From positions 47,058,001 through 47,122,000 of the forward strand of contig CM060732.1 of the NCBI GenBank assembly GCA_030704615.1: 64,000 bases of DNA. The letters are read 5' to 3'. Shown in pieces: positions 13,450 to 24,903 of this stretch. How positions within the stretch are numbered: the first letter of the stretch is position 1; every line of letters starts with the position of its first letter. A program made the translations under genes and the position numbers. The notes under the pieces are model-generated. The model saw only the letters and a list, made by a program, of their open reading frames with translations. It searched no databases and was not told the DNA's origin. This DNA comes from Takakia lepidozioides. Taxonomy: Eukaryota; Plantae; Bryophyta.

Positions 13450-15960
13450 ACATTACTACCCCCGAATGGAAATTCGGCCCCACAATATCCAACAGAGGAA
13501 GCCCGGATGAAGTCGCCTCGGGCGCAGAGGCCGGAGGATGTGTGCGACAGAGAACATCCCCGGGATGGAGATTCGGCGCCGAATTTCCATCCGGGCCCCC
13601 CAAAGGGAGTCGTGGTCGGGGGTCAGGCGAAAATGGACGGCATTAATAAAAACATCCCCAGATGGAAAAAACGGCGCCGAATTTCCATCCGGGCGGTTCG
13701 GATGCAGTCGGGGAGGGGGGAGTGGCCTACACTTGGCCGTCACATTTCAACCCCCGGACGGAAATTCGGCACCGAATATCGAACAGGGGACGCCCGGATG
13801 AAGTCGCCTCGGGCGCAGAGGCCGGCGACTGTGCGACAGAGATCCCCTGGACGAGAAGATTCGGCGCCGAATTTTCATCCGGGCCCCCCCAAAGAAAGTC
13901 TTGTCGGGGGGTTCAGACCGAAAACTGGCCGACATAAAACCTTCCACAGATGGGAAAACGGCGCCGAATTTCAATTCGGGGCCGTTCCAATGCAGTCGGG
14001 GGAGAAGGGAGAGGTCGGCACCTGGCCGTCATATTTCAACCCCGGGACGGAAATCGGCACCGAATATCCCAAAGAGCGGCCAAGAGGCGGCACCTCTCCG
14101 ACAGAGACCATCCCCGGATGGAAATTCGGCGCCGAATTTCCATCCAGCAGGTAAGTGGAATCCCGGATGGATGGAGATTCGGCGCCGAATTTCCATCCAG
14201 CAGGTAAGTGGAATCCCGGATGGATGGAGATTCGGCGCCGATTTCCATCCAGCAGGTAAGGGAAATCCCGGATGGATGGAGATTCGGCGCCCGAATTTCA
14301 TCCTGCAGGTAATTCGAATACGGATGACTGGAAATTCGGCGCCGAATTTCCATCAGCACGTCAGCATCCGCCATAAATGGAAATTCGGCGCCGAATTTCC
14401 ATCCAGCAGGTAAGCAGATCGGTGCCGTATGGATATTCGGCGCCGAATTTCCATTCGCACTGTATTTCTGAGCCAGGAGGGAATACCTTCGTGCAGGTAA
14501 TTCCGAGATGAGAATTACCTTCGTGCAGGTAATTCCAGATGAGAATTACCTTCCTGCAGGTAATTCCAGATGAGAATTACCTTCTGCAGGTAATTCCATT
14601 CGATGTGAATTCCGCGTCCAGATTTACCTGCACGAAGGTAATTTCAATCGCTGAATTACCTGCACGAAGGTAATTCTTATCTGGGAATTACCTGCACGAA
14701 GGTAATTCTCTCTGGGAATTACCTGCACGAGGTAATGCCACGCTCAGAATACAGGCGAATGAAATTCGGCGCCGAATATCCATTTGGCACCGATTCGAAT
14801 TACCTGCAGGATGGAAATTCGGCGCCGAATTTCCATTTATGCAGGATTCCACTTACCTGCTGGATGGAAATTCGGGCGCCGAATTTCCATTCATCCGGGA
14901 TTCGAATTTACCTGCAGGAGGGAATTCGCCGCCGAATTACCTGCTTGAGGGAAATTTGGCGCACCGCCCTAACTCCGCGGATGGAAATTCGGCGCCGGAT
15001 TTCCATCCGCGCGCTTCCGAATTACCTGCATGAGGGAAATTTCCACCGCGCCCTACCTCCGCGGATGGAAATTCGGCGCCGGATTTCCATCGCGCGCTTC
15101 CGAAATTACTGCATGAGGGAAATTCCACCGCCGCCCTACCTCCAGCGGATGGAATTCGGCGGCCGGATTTCCGTCCGCGCGCTTCCGACTTACCTGCATG
15201 AGGGAAATTTCCGGCGCCGCCCTACCTCCGCGGATGGAAATTTGGCGCCGGATTTCCGTCCGCGCGCTTCCGAATTACCTGCGTGAGGGAATTTCCGGTG
15301 CGCCCTAACTCCGCGGATGGAAATCGGCGCCGGATTTCCATCCGCGCGCTTCCGAATTACCTGCATGAGGAAATTTCCACCGGCCCTACCCTCCAACCAA
15401 CCACCCCCCACCCCCCCCCCCTACCCCACCTCCCCCCCACCGCGGATGGAAATTCGGCGCCGGATTTCCATCCTGCGCGTCCGAATTACTGCGTGAAGGA
15501 AATTTCCGGCGCCGCCCTAACTCCGCGGAGGAAATGCGGCGCCGGATTTCCATCCGCGCGCTTCCGAATTACCTGCATGAGGGAACTTTCCACCGCGCCC
15601 TACCTCCGCGGATGGAATTTGGCGCCGGATTTCCGTCCGCGCGCTCCGAATTACATGGTGAGGGAAATTTCCGGCGCCGCCCTAACTCCGCGGATGGAAA
15701 TTCGGCGCCGGATTTCAATCCGCCGCGGCTCCGAATTACCTGCATGAGGGGAATTTACACCGCCGCCTACCTCGCGGATGGAAATTCGGCGCCGATTTCC
15801 GTCCGCGCGCTTCCCGAATTACCTGCGTGTGAGGGAAATTTCTGGGCGCAGGCCTTACTTCCCGGATGGAAAATTCGGCGCCGGATATCCATCCTGCTGC
15901 GCTCCGAATACCTGCAGGATGAAATCCGTCGCCGGAATTCAATCGTGCAGCGCTCCGAAT
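13450..15960. repeat. Arrays of palindromic GAAATTCGGCGCCGAATTTC units forming a large imperfect inverted repeat centred near 14605
   Basis: Dozens of AATTCGGCGCCG(A/G)ATT motifs. AATTACCTTCGTGCAGGTAATT units left of ~14605 become their reverse complement to the right. The same motif occurs at 9760-10100 and ~21055. Confidence 0.9.
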
Positions 15961-16927
15961 TACCTCTACGTTGGAATTCCGGGACTGTTTACGTCGATTT
16001 TCATTCCGACATGGAGGGCTTCATCGACATTTGGGGCAATAAATGTCAGAACGGCCGTCGGTTATTATTCGGGGTGGCGACGCATGGCTTCCTGGACAAG
16101 TAACCTATCTCATGCTAAACTTGGCTTAAAACATGGTTATTCCAGGCATGTACCCCAAAGAAGGAGATCTTTTTGGCGGGACTTATGCCGCCTGAAGGGC
16201 GTGGCTCTCCTGAGAGAGACCTCAAATCCAGACTTGGCGGCGGAAGTTGAAGCTCTGTTACTACGGACGACGGCCAATCTCTTCGCATGGCCACACTGAA
16301 GCCTCAGCAGGAGATTCCAGTGTCTTGCTCACAACATGCGCCAACTGAAGCCGAGAGTACTCCTCAGGCAAGCCACTTCGCTTTTGGTTTGTTCGATTTT
16401 TTTTTTGCTTTCGTGTTTCCCTCGCTTTGTTTTTGCATCTTCATCCTGGCTTTGCTGTATGAGTGAACTTTAGATAGTTGAGTGACCTAGATTGTTGGCA
16501 ATGCGTGTGCAAATCCGGCCAGCTTGGAGAAGGGTGCTTGTGCTGTACATTCTTAGGCAATGGTTGCATTTGTTGTCATTGTTGTTGCATGGCTCTCCAT
16601 TACTTCCTAAACTTGTTATGTTTTCATTTTTGCTACATGATTGGTGCTATGGTGGGTTGCGCTGCTCGTGCGATGCGCTTTTTGCACGATGTTGGTTTTT
16701 CACGATTTTTGTCAAGACAGAGTGACGGACGAGCCCGGCACGCTGGTGGTATTATCGACAGCTCCAACTCATCGCATGTTTGTTTGAATCGACCAACTTG
16801 GGCGAGAGGGCAAACTTAAACCTTTTGTCTTGGTTGGACGGGAGGACTGCCAACGAGATTACGACAGAGTAGGCATTGGGGAGGTTGGTGCAGGCGGCAT
16901 GCAGTGAAGGATTGAGGACCTGAGGAC

Positions 16928-17427
16928 NNNNNNNNNNNNNNNNNNNNNNNNNNNNNNNNNNNNNNNNNNNNNNNNNNNNNNNNNNNNNNNNNNNNNNNNN
17001 NNNNNNNNNNNNNNNNNNNNNNNNNNNNNNNNNNNNNNNNNNNNNNNNNNNNNNNNNNNNNNNNNNNNNNNNNNNNNNNNNNNNNNNNNNNNNNNNNNNN
17101 NNNNNNNNNNNNNNNNNNNNNNNNNNNNNNNNNNNNNNNNNNNNNNNNNNNNNNNNNNNNNNNNNNNNNNNNNNNNNNNNNNNNNNNNNNNNNNNNNNNN
17201 NNNNNNNNNNNNNNNNNNNNNNNNNNNNNNNNNNNNNNNNNNNNNNNNNNNNNNNNNNNNNNNNNNNNNNNNNNNNNNNNNNNNNNNNNNNNNNNNNNNN
17301 NNNNNNNNNNNNNNNNNNNNNNNNNNNNNNNNNNNNNNNNNNNNNNNNNNNNNNNNNNNNNNNNNNNNNNNNNNNNNNNNNNNNNNNNNNNNNNNNNNNN
17401 NNNNNNNNNNNNNNNNNNNNNNNNNNN
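16928..17427. other. Assembly gap (500 N)
   Basis: Run of N. Confidence 1.
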
Positions 17428-17599
17428 TATCCTGTACCGAGCTTCGGGAAACGTTGCCCATTCCCTTTCCCCGATCCAGTCAGTCTGCCCACCCCATCCA
17501 CAAAGGAGTCTGGAAACCGAGAGGCGGCCACGTACCAACAGAGAGGTATGCAACGGCTACTCATTCCCGACCTGGACCCGTCAAGACCCTCCATAGCTT

Positions 17600-20500
17600 C
17601 TCGTGTGACGTATCGACATTTCCGACGAGGAATGATTTGCATTGAGGTACCCATGTCCTCCACACGGTCGTTCAAATCCGGCATGGACGTCTCTGTAGGT
17701 TGCTACGCATGTGCCCTCGAGCATAACTCCAACCCGGTCCATGTGTGCAGCTCCTACGACAACATCACCCTCGATGGTTCTCGCTCTGAGCTGGCTGCTC
17801 CTCGACTATGCCAAATTCCCAGTCAGAAAGGTAAACGTTTCTGCCTCCCGAAGTCGATGGCAAATATGTCATCTTGAGTTTCCACCTGTTTCTTCTTCGT
17901 CAAGAAAGCCTCCGGGATGTAAAGACATGGATCGAAAGCATGACGGACACCCCTGTGTGTGACGAAGACCAGTAGCACTAAAATTGCTGATGGGGTTCGT
18001 GTACGATATGTCCTCTCGGGGAGCTGAGGTGCCTCAATCCCACCTGCTTCCACTTTCTCTCCAAAGGAGGGCGGAGAAACGAGACGGATTGGACTGGCAC
18101 AACGCATCATCCATATTGTCTCCAGCCAAGCTCCTGCGGGTTCTTTCATTGTGTGCACATTGCAAAGAACCACCGACGTGCAATGTCCATGTGCAGAGCC
18201 AAGCAATATTACGTAATCCTTTGCTTCCGGACTTGACTAGAGCTGCATACACTTGGGGTCCACTGCCACCCTTTGCGAGAGGCACATGCGTGAGGCCTGT
18301 GCAGGAAGCACACGACATCATAAAATAGGAGGTGAAATTGAGCCCCGGAGCCAGACCAAAGCAAGATTCAGCTGAAGGCAGCCCCACAAGATTGCTCTTG
18401 GCAAAATCATGTCTGAAGATGGTTCCGACCGAGAGCCCTTGACCGAAGACGAGATGCGTGACCTCTTGGAGTCCGTCTGCGCACTTTGGAGTCCGAATGT
18501 GCGGAATCACATCGTATCTTGCAAGCAGGAGTTCGGCAGGGGGTCGGACATGTACTCAATCCTGGAGGTGAAACGAATGACTGATATGACTACATCCAAG
18601 GTAGCAGGTTTTCCAGGGCAAGCAGGCAAATCCGATCGTTGTTACATTTTCAAAATGTCGACGTGTGGGCCTGGGATGGAGTCGACTTGGTCACTCGCAT
18701 GACAACTGGAAACTTGTCGAATGCTTGGGTGATGTTTGATCACATCAAGCGAATTACAAACCATCAGTGGGTGACTATGGGTGCGCATATTTATGACTAT
18801 CACTCAAGAGGCTCATGACGATTGCAATCTGCGAGATGAAAGGGGGGACACACAGTCCGAGATGCATCTGTGGGAGGGCATAAACGAGCAGATGGCAATG
18901 GCGGGATTGCCAGAGCCCAATTTCAGGGGATTCATGGCATGACAACGCTCAGGCCAACTGGGCAAGCGGTGTGGCGTGTGTACGGTGAGGACCCCAATGT
19001 TCCAATGGAGGGGAAAGAGAGATCCTATGGATTCCATTGATGCAGAGTCTATCCCACTACACTACCAAATTTGTTGCTAGCTCATACTAGGCTGAACACC
19101 GTGTCATTTGTACGACGTGGAAGGATGCACCCACATTTTATGACGCGGAGGTTAAGTTTGCTATCATCGAGGCTTGGTGGAACACGTCAGGTGCAGTGGA
19201 GACAACCAATCTGGGAGCATTGCACAGCGGGGTGGGGTGTGGCATTTTCGGTATCGACAGTTCGGACAGTACATGCGGGAGGTAGCTGCTGTCATTTCGT
19301 TCATTTGTCTTTCTGTTACGGACATTTCGATGGTCCCTCACCATTGTTTGTGTCCTTCTAGGAGCGTGCTTGGATTCCGACACGGACATGCCGAACACGA
19401 ATATGGCAGAATCGGTCCACTCCTCCTGCCGAGAGTCTTCTGCCGCACATCTGGTGGACGTAGTCACGGCCACAACGGAGGACATCGACAGAGCCATCAT
19501 GCATCAAGCCACGTACTACAAGTTCATGAGCGGCAAACAATGGGGCTTGGGCCGACAGGGAGGAATTGTTGGTACGAACAGCTTCGAGGTCCAAGAATCC
19601 ACTGAAATTGGCGACAGCATTGCGAGAGAATTATCAAGGGACGCCTCTGCACCCGCAGAGGTGAACACCTAGAGGGGGACGTCCGGACTCGCCCGTCAGC
19701 GGAGGATTGAAGAGGAACCCGGGTGCGAAGGATTCCTGGAGATCCGACAGGAACATTCGGACAGCACCTCGAGGTCCCGTCATGTTTGCCGCACAATTGT
19801 CTTCCAGCAGTGGAAGCCCAGAAATTCCAGATCGCCGTCGCCTTCAACCGGGGATTTGTCGTGCAAAAAATTCCCACCGCTCCCTTGCCCCACATTCCGC
19901 CCGCTGTTATGCAGTATGGCCAAGCCATTGTGGAGACGACTGTGTCTGCCTCACAGTGGAGAATTGCTCGCACAAAGCCGTCGTTTCGAGGAGGTGTTCC
20001 GCATTCGTGTGGATCACGGCAACGTTGTTTGAGATGATAAGGAGGAATCCAGATGGGGCTGTCCCTGCTCCTACTTTTACACAGGAATTTGTCCATGCAA
20101 AGTTTGGGGAGGCGACAACCACACAATTTCTGGGTCTGCAGCACGACACTTATGACTTGCGTGTATGGAAAGCCCAAGTACGGCATACAAACAATGCCAG
20201 AGGCTCCCCCGGTGTGGCGGTGGAACCAGGCTGCGATCTGAGTCAGGTTGAGGCCGACGCCCTGACCGCCGCAGGATTTCGGATGGTGCAGCGCACTGAC
20301 GTCCCCAGACAACCATTTCCGCTTCCCACAGCCTCCACCACCGACCCCTTGTGAGAGCAAGAACAATGGGACACGACAGTCTAAGCATCCTACACAAAAC
20401 ACCGTTGGGGGAAAACCGAAGAGGCGGTCGACCTCCCTCAAAAGTGAACGAGACAGGATGGGGAATGCCACTTCGGATGAACTGTACAATCCAGAGCTCG

Positions 20501-20790
20501 ACAGAAGTGCCCCCCCAGGATTCGGGCGTGTGTATCAAATGGCCACGGCGGGCTCAGCTGTTCGCAATGAGGTTACACCATCACCATTTCAGAATTACCC
20601 ACCTGCAATTGCAACCGACTTCCAGATCATGGCGAACAAGGGGGCATTCAAACTGCCCTTGCAAGCATTTGGTACTACGTGTAACCTAAAGCGACTCTAA
20701 AGCGACTCCGTGTAATTCCACAACTCATCACTTCATACATGCACCAGGGTTGAGCCCCCAGGAGGTTCACACTCTTCTGAATAGGATCCA
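17600..20790 (+). pseudogene. MULE-like transposase copy 3, frameshifted, divergent from copy 2
   Basis: DMDRKHDGHP, CAHCKEPPTC, YIFKMST, WVMFDHIKR, FRGFMA, PNTNMAESVH, W.IAR, degenerate SWIM (NCNRLP...LPCKHL). Confidence 0.85.
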
Positions 20791-23297
20791 GGGACCAGTG
20801 AGCTTGGCTTGCGGTCCACATACAATGGTACGCCCATCCTTTTCGATAGTAGAACTGTACTGCTGCCAGTACCTCAGACCTGGCCACAGAAAGGTCCGAC
20901 ATATGTCTTGCCTACCAGTAACCTGTTTTGCTCGAACTAAGATATTACTATATCGTCACTCTGTTTCCACGTGCATGTATTTTGTATGTTGGAGGGTTCA
21001 TGTTTTTTTTGCTTCCAAAAACTTGCTTTCCTCATTCGACCTCCGACAAGGAAATGCGGCGCCGAATTTCCAAGTATCATCGTAGGTACCCCCAGAGGCG
21101 GCCTTCGCCACACCAAACCGCTCCGAATTTCGCACGTGCGAACCCTAATGCGGCACCCTATTTCCCAGTTCAGTTGCAAACCTTTCCCGCCGAATACCCG
21201 AAGAAGACAGAATTGTGAAGTACTGCAGACTGTATTGGTGCAGACTCCATTGGTTCAATCGCGGCAAAAGGGTCAGCTTCATTCCAATGTTAAGGCATGT
21301 AAAACCGCGGAATACTCTATACAGGCCAGTATGCGACGTCCTTTTGCAGTGGTATACTGGATTTCCTGTTGCACGGTCACTTATTTCCATGAGCGGATGT
21401 AAAAAACCATGAGCGGACTTGTTACTGACGACATATCTTCTTCGCCGCATTACATGATCTGGAACGTCCAAAAACGGCAAGGTCAAATAAAAACTATTAT
21501 TTAATACTTGTTTAATCTGCCGCATTTCAAATTTGGAGGAGTCCGCTCATGAAATCCGCGTATCTTAGACTTCGGCTCACCGCTCATGCGGCTCATGCGG
21601 CTCATGGCTCATGGCTCATGGTTTCTGCTCATGAAATAGTAAACCTCCTCTCAGGGGAACCACAAGCAACTTGGTGGATAACAGCCTTATGCAGGTCTGG
21701 TTAGCACAAGGGCCAGTAGAGGGCAAAGCACCACGAAAGCTCACCCAAAGCGAGATGAATGAGCTCAGACTACAAGTGCAGAACATTGCCACAACTACTA
21801 TAGACAATGTCTATAGTAGGATAGCAGAGTTACAAGAGGATGTAGACGGACTGCAACTCAAGTGGAGGACCTCACTTCAAACATCGACAAAAGAGTCTAT
21901 ATCCCTTAGGAACAGCTAATGGCTTCTTATTACAAGCCAGAACTTTGGCTTTTCAGTCTTCACAGGAGGTGCAGGAGATACCAATGATACAAGAGCCAGT
22001 ACCACCAACACCACAACAAGTCACTGTACCAGTAGCTGAACCTGTTGTTACTACAACCACACCACAACCACCACAGCCTGAGGTATGGGGCAATGCTGCT
22101 TTTAACCACCTAAAACTCAGCTGCAAGGGAGTACAGTAGGGCTATGATTATGCCCTTCAACCAATTCCCATCATGTTGGATTTGCTTGGAAAGAATTTAG
22201 TCCTCCGCATTCATTCGCACATTACTACCAAATCATGCGTATTTGGCTGCCAGTGGCAACTAGGACTAAAGTTCTTCGAACAATCGACATATTGAAGATC
22301 ATCACTTTGCACAATACTGGCACGAGGCAAGTACCATGTTGAGGGAATTGATTGCTTTCCAGGTTGTACATGGACTCATTTATACAAAGACCAAGGAGGT
22401 AGCAAGTATTGTCATGGGATGCGGGTTATACTACGCTGCTTGTTTTCTAGTACGTTATCACATTGAGCAACAAAAGATGCAAGCACGCTTTCTGAGTTAT
22501 TCCAGTGGGATCATTGGGTATTACCTTCGGTGCCACCTCATATGTACCTATATGACGCAAAAGTTATGATGCAAAAGGATTCTCAAATTCGTTCATGGTT
22601 TCAAGCGGCCTGGAACAATTTGTCAACACAGAAATTCGGCATTGATGATATTTCTATAAGGGACATGTGGCATGGAAATACTTGCACGCTGCACCAGTAA
22701 TTGGTACCCACTCACCTAGACAGACAAGGAGCTCAGTGTCTACACCAATTTTGCTGTTCAGCGGTTACACCAAGTTGTAAAATATAAACTTCCAGACATG
22801 GTAGGACAGCATTGTATGCCCCAGATGATTCCACAAAAAGTTCGAAAATTAAAACACCTGAGAGGCGATGAGGATTCTGATACAACTGTTTCTTCACCGA
22901 ATTCTTTTGACATGGGAGAAGACTATGCAATTCAGATGGCGGAGAAGAAGCGACGGGGGTCTCCTATGCCGGAAAGGTTACCTCGATATCAGCCTCCAGA
23001 GGGCCTCACTTATCCAGGTAGTGACCAACCATCTCCATCAACCAGAGACAGACCTAGGGCTCGTACACACAGTCCGCCACAAACTCTCAACGTCAAAAAG
23101 GTGCTCACTCACAAAGGTTTGCTAATCGAAATCAGTAAAACTGTGAGGACATGGCTTTTTGAGGGGGGAAGGGGTAATGTTAGAGGACTGTCGGGGACTT
23201 AGACACTTATACGGGATCTGTAGGGTACCCTTAATTTTTGCACAGACTGAGACCAACAGGAGCCTTAGGGGTGACAGCAGCGCACTGTAGAGGGGGG

Positions 23298-24147
23298 TTA
23301 CACAGCCCGTCACAGTCGTCACAGCCGACATAGCCAACACAGCCCGTCACAGTCGTCACAGCAGACACAGCCCATCACAGCCGACACAGCCATCACAGCC
23401 GACACAGCCCGGCACAGCCGACACAGCCACACAGCCAGTCACAGCCCGACACAGCCAAACACAGTCGCACAGCCAGTCACAGCCCGTCACAGTTTCACAC
23501 AGCCAGTCACAGCTTGACACAGCTGTCACGATCATAGGGAACGGAGAGCAGGACAGGGAACGACTGTGGGGAATTACACCTGCGAAGGGAACATGTTAGT
23601 TCACAGACGACGGTTAGTGAGGGAAACGGTTAGAACCACGGGTAGGAAGATAAAGGGAGAAGCGGGGAATTTCGGGAATATCATTCGGAGGAGGACTTCT
23701 TGGTCATGCAGGAGAGGGGATCGGGCAGAGATGAAGAACGGAAGTGAAGATAGAGAGATGATGAGTAGATGCTTGTTATATGCAAGGCTGTAATGATATT
23801 GTAGAGCAGATTAGAGACATAATGGCTTCGGCCTGATACCTGATAAATCATAATCGGATACTTTTACGATACAATCACACTGTGTAGAGAGATCTGAGTG
23901 AAGCTGTGGAATGAATGGATGAGTTGACGGAATCCAATAGATTGATAAAGCAAACTGATACTTAATTATCAATGGTAAGGTAGCTAACATGAATGTCAAA
24001 AGGGAAACAAATAGGAAACACCCCCATGATACACTAGCTGTAGGTCATGACCGATTGTTCTGCGTGGGCTGAGTACTTAGAGATTTCCAACTCTTCTATC
24101 TTGGAGTTTCCGCCTCGAATAGCGAAGGGATGGGTGAGTAAAAGCCG
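23298..24147 (+). repeat. LTR copy 1 of the Gypsy element, directly after the PPT, starting with a CACAGC microsatellite
   Basis: Follows the PPT and is colinear with 24148-24903. Confidence 0.7.
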
Positions 24148-24903
24148 TGTGACAGTCACAGCCCGCCACAGCTTCGCACAGCCCGACACAGCTGACACAG
24201 CCAATCACAGCCTGACACAGCCTTACACAGCCAGTCACAGCTCGGCATAGCTTGACACAGCCTGTCACAGTACATAGGGAATAGTTATCATTGGCAGGGA
24301 ACGACTGTGAGGGAACGACATCTGCAGAAAGAACGTGTTACATTAGGGATGACGGTTAATTAGTTAGCAAGGCGGTTAGAACAGCTTGTAGGTAGATAAA
24401 GTGGAGAGCGGGGACTTCTAGACACGGCTGGGGGGAGCACTTCTTGGTCATGGAGGAGAGGAGATCAGGCGGAGAGCAAGAACGAGAGCACGGAGAAGGA
24501 GGAGAGATGTACAGTAGATGTTTATTTCAGGCAGAGCGGTAGTGATACTGTAGGACGGATTAGAGTCACTTGACATTGGCCTAGTACCTGATAAATCGTA
24601 ATCTGATACTTATTCGATACAAGCACACTATGTAGAGAGACATGAGTGAAGCTGTGAAATGAATGCATGATTAACTGGAACTAAAAAGATACTGAAGCAA
24701 TCTGATGCTTCAGTATCAGATAAGGTAAATTGATAACATGAAGGTAAGAAGGAATACAAAGGGGAAGCACAACCATGATACACTAGCTGCAGGTCATGAC
24801 TGATTGTACTGAGCGGGCTGAGTGCTTAGAGATATCCAACTCTTCTATCTTGGAGTTTCCACCTCGGATAGCGAAGGGATGGGTGAGTAAAAGCCGCTCG
24901 ACA
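24148..24903 (+). repeat. LTR copy 2 (TG...CA), in tandem with and clearly diverged from copy 1
   Basis: TGTGACAG...CTCGACA termini. Shares layout and the 3' block (...GGATGGGTGAGTAAAAGCCG) with copy 1. Confidence 0.75.

Larger units (their letters stand above)
9533..21640. mobile_element. 12-kb foldback/composite MULE-like element with two divergent transposase genes, 15-bp TIR RCTATTTCATGAGCA and no TSD
   Basis: Left end GCTATTTCATGAGCA (9533); right end TGCTCATGAAATAGT (21640). GCTCATG repeats at both ends. Removing the element restores GAGATTT^AAACCT and the host reading frame. Spans an assembly gap. Confidence 0.7.
3190..24903 (+). mobile_element. Non-chromovirus Ty3/Gypsy element (Athila/Phygy-like), 5'-truncated and split by the 9533-21640 insertion
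   Basis: Order is gag-PR-RT-RH-INT, extra 3' ORF, PPT AGAGGGGGG at 23289-23297, then LTRs ending ...CTCGACA at 24903, followed directly by CACTA coding sequence. Confidence 0.85.

Noticed and set aside
13236-16299. Many overlapping ORFs with MEIRRRISI / GNSAPNF repeats
   Set aside because: These are translations of the palindromic DNA repeat, open in several frames on both strands.
16752-17684. Long minus-strand ORFs
   Set aside because: Artefacts of reading through the 500-N gap.
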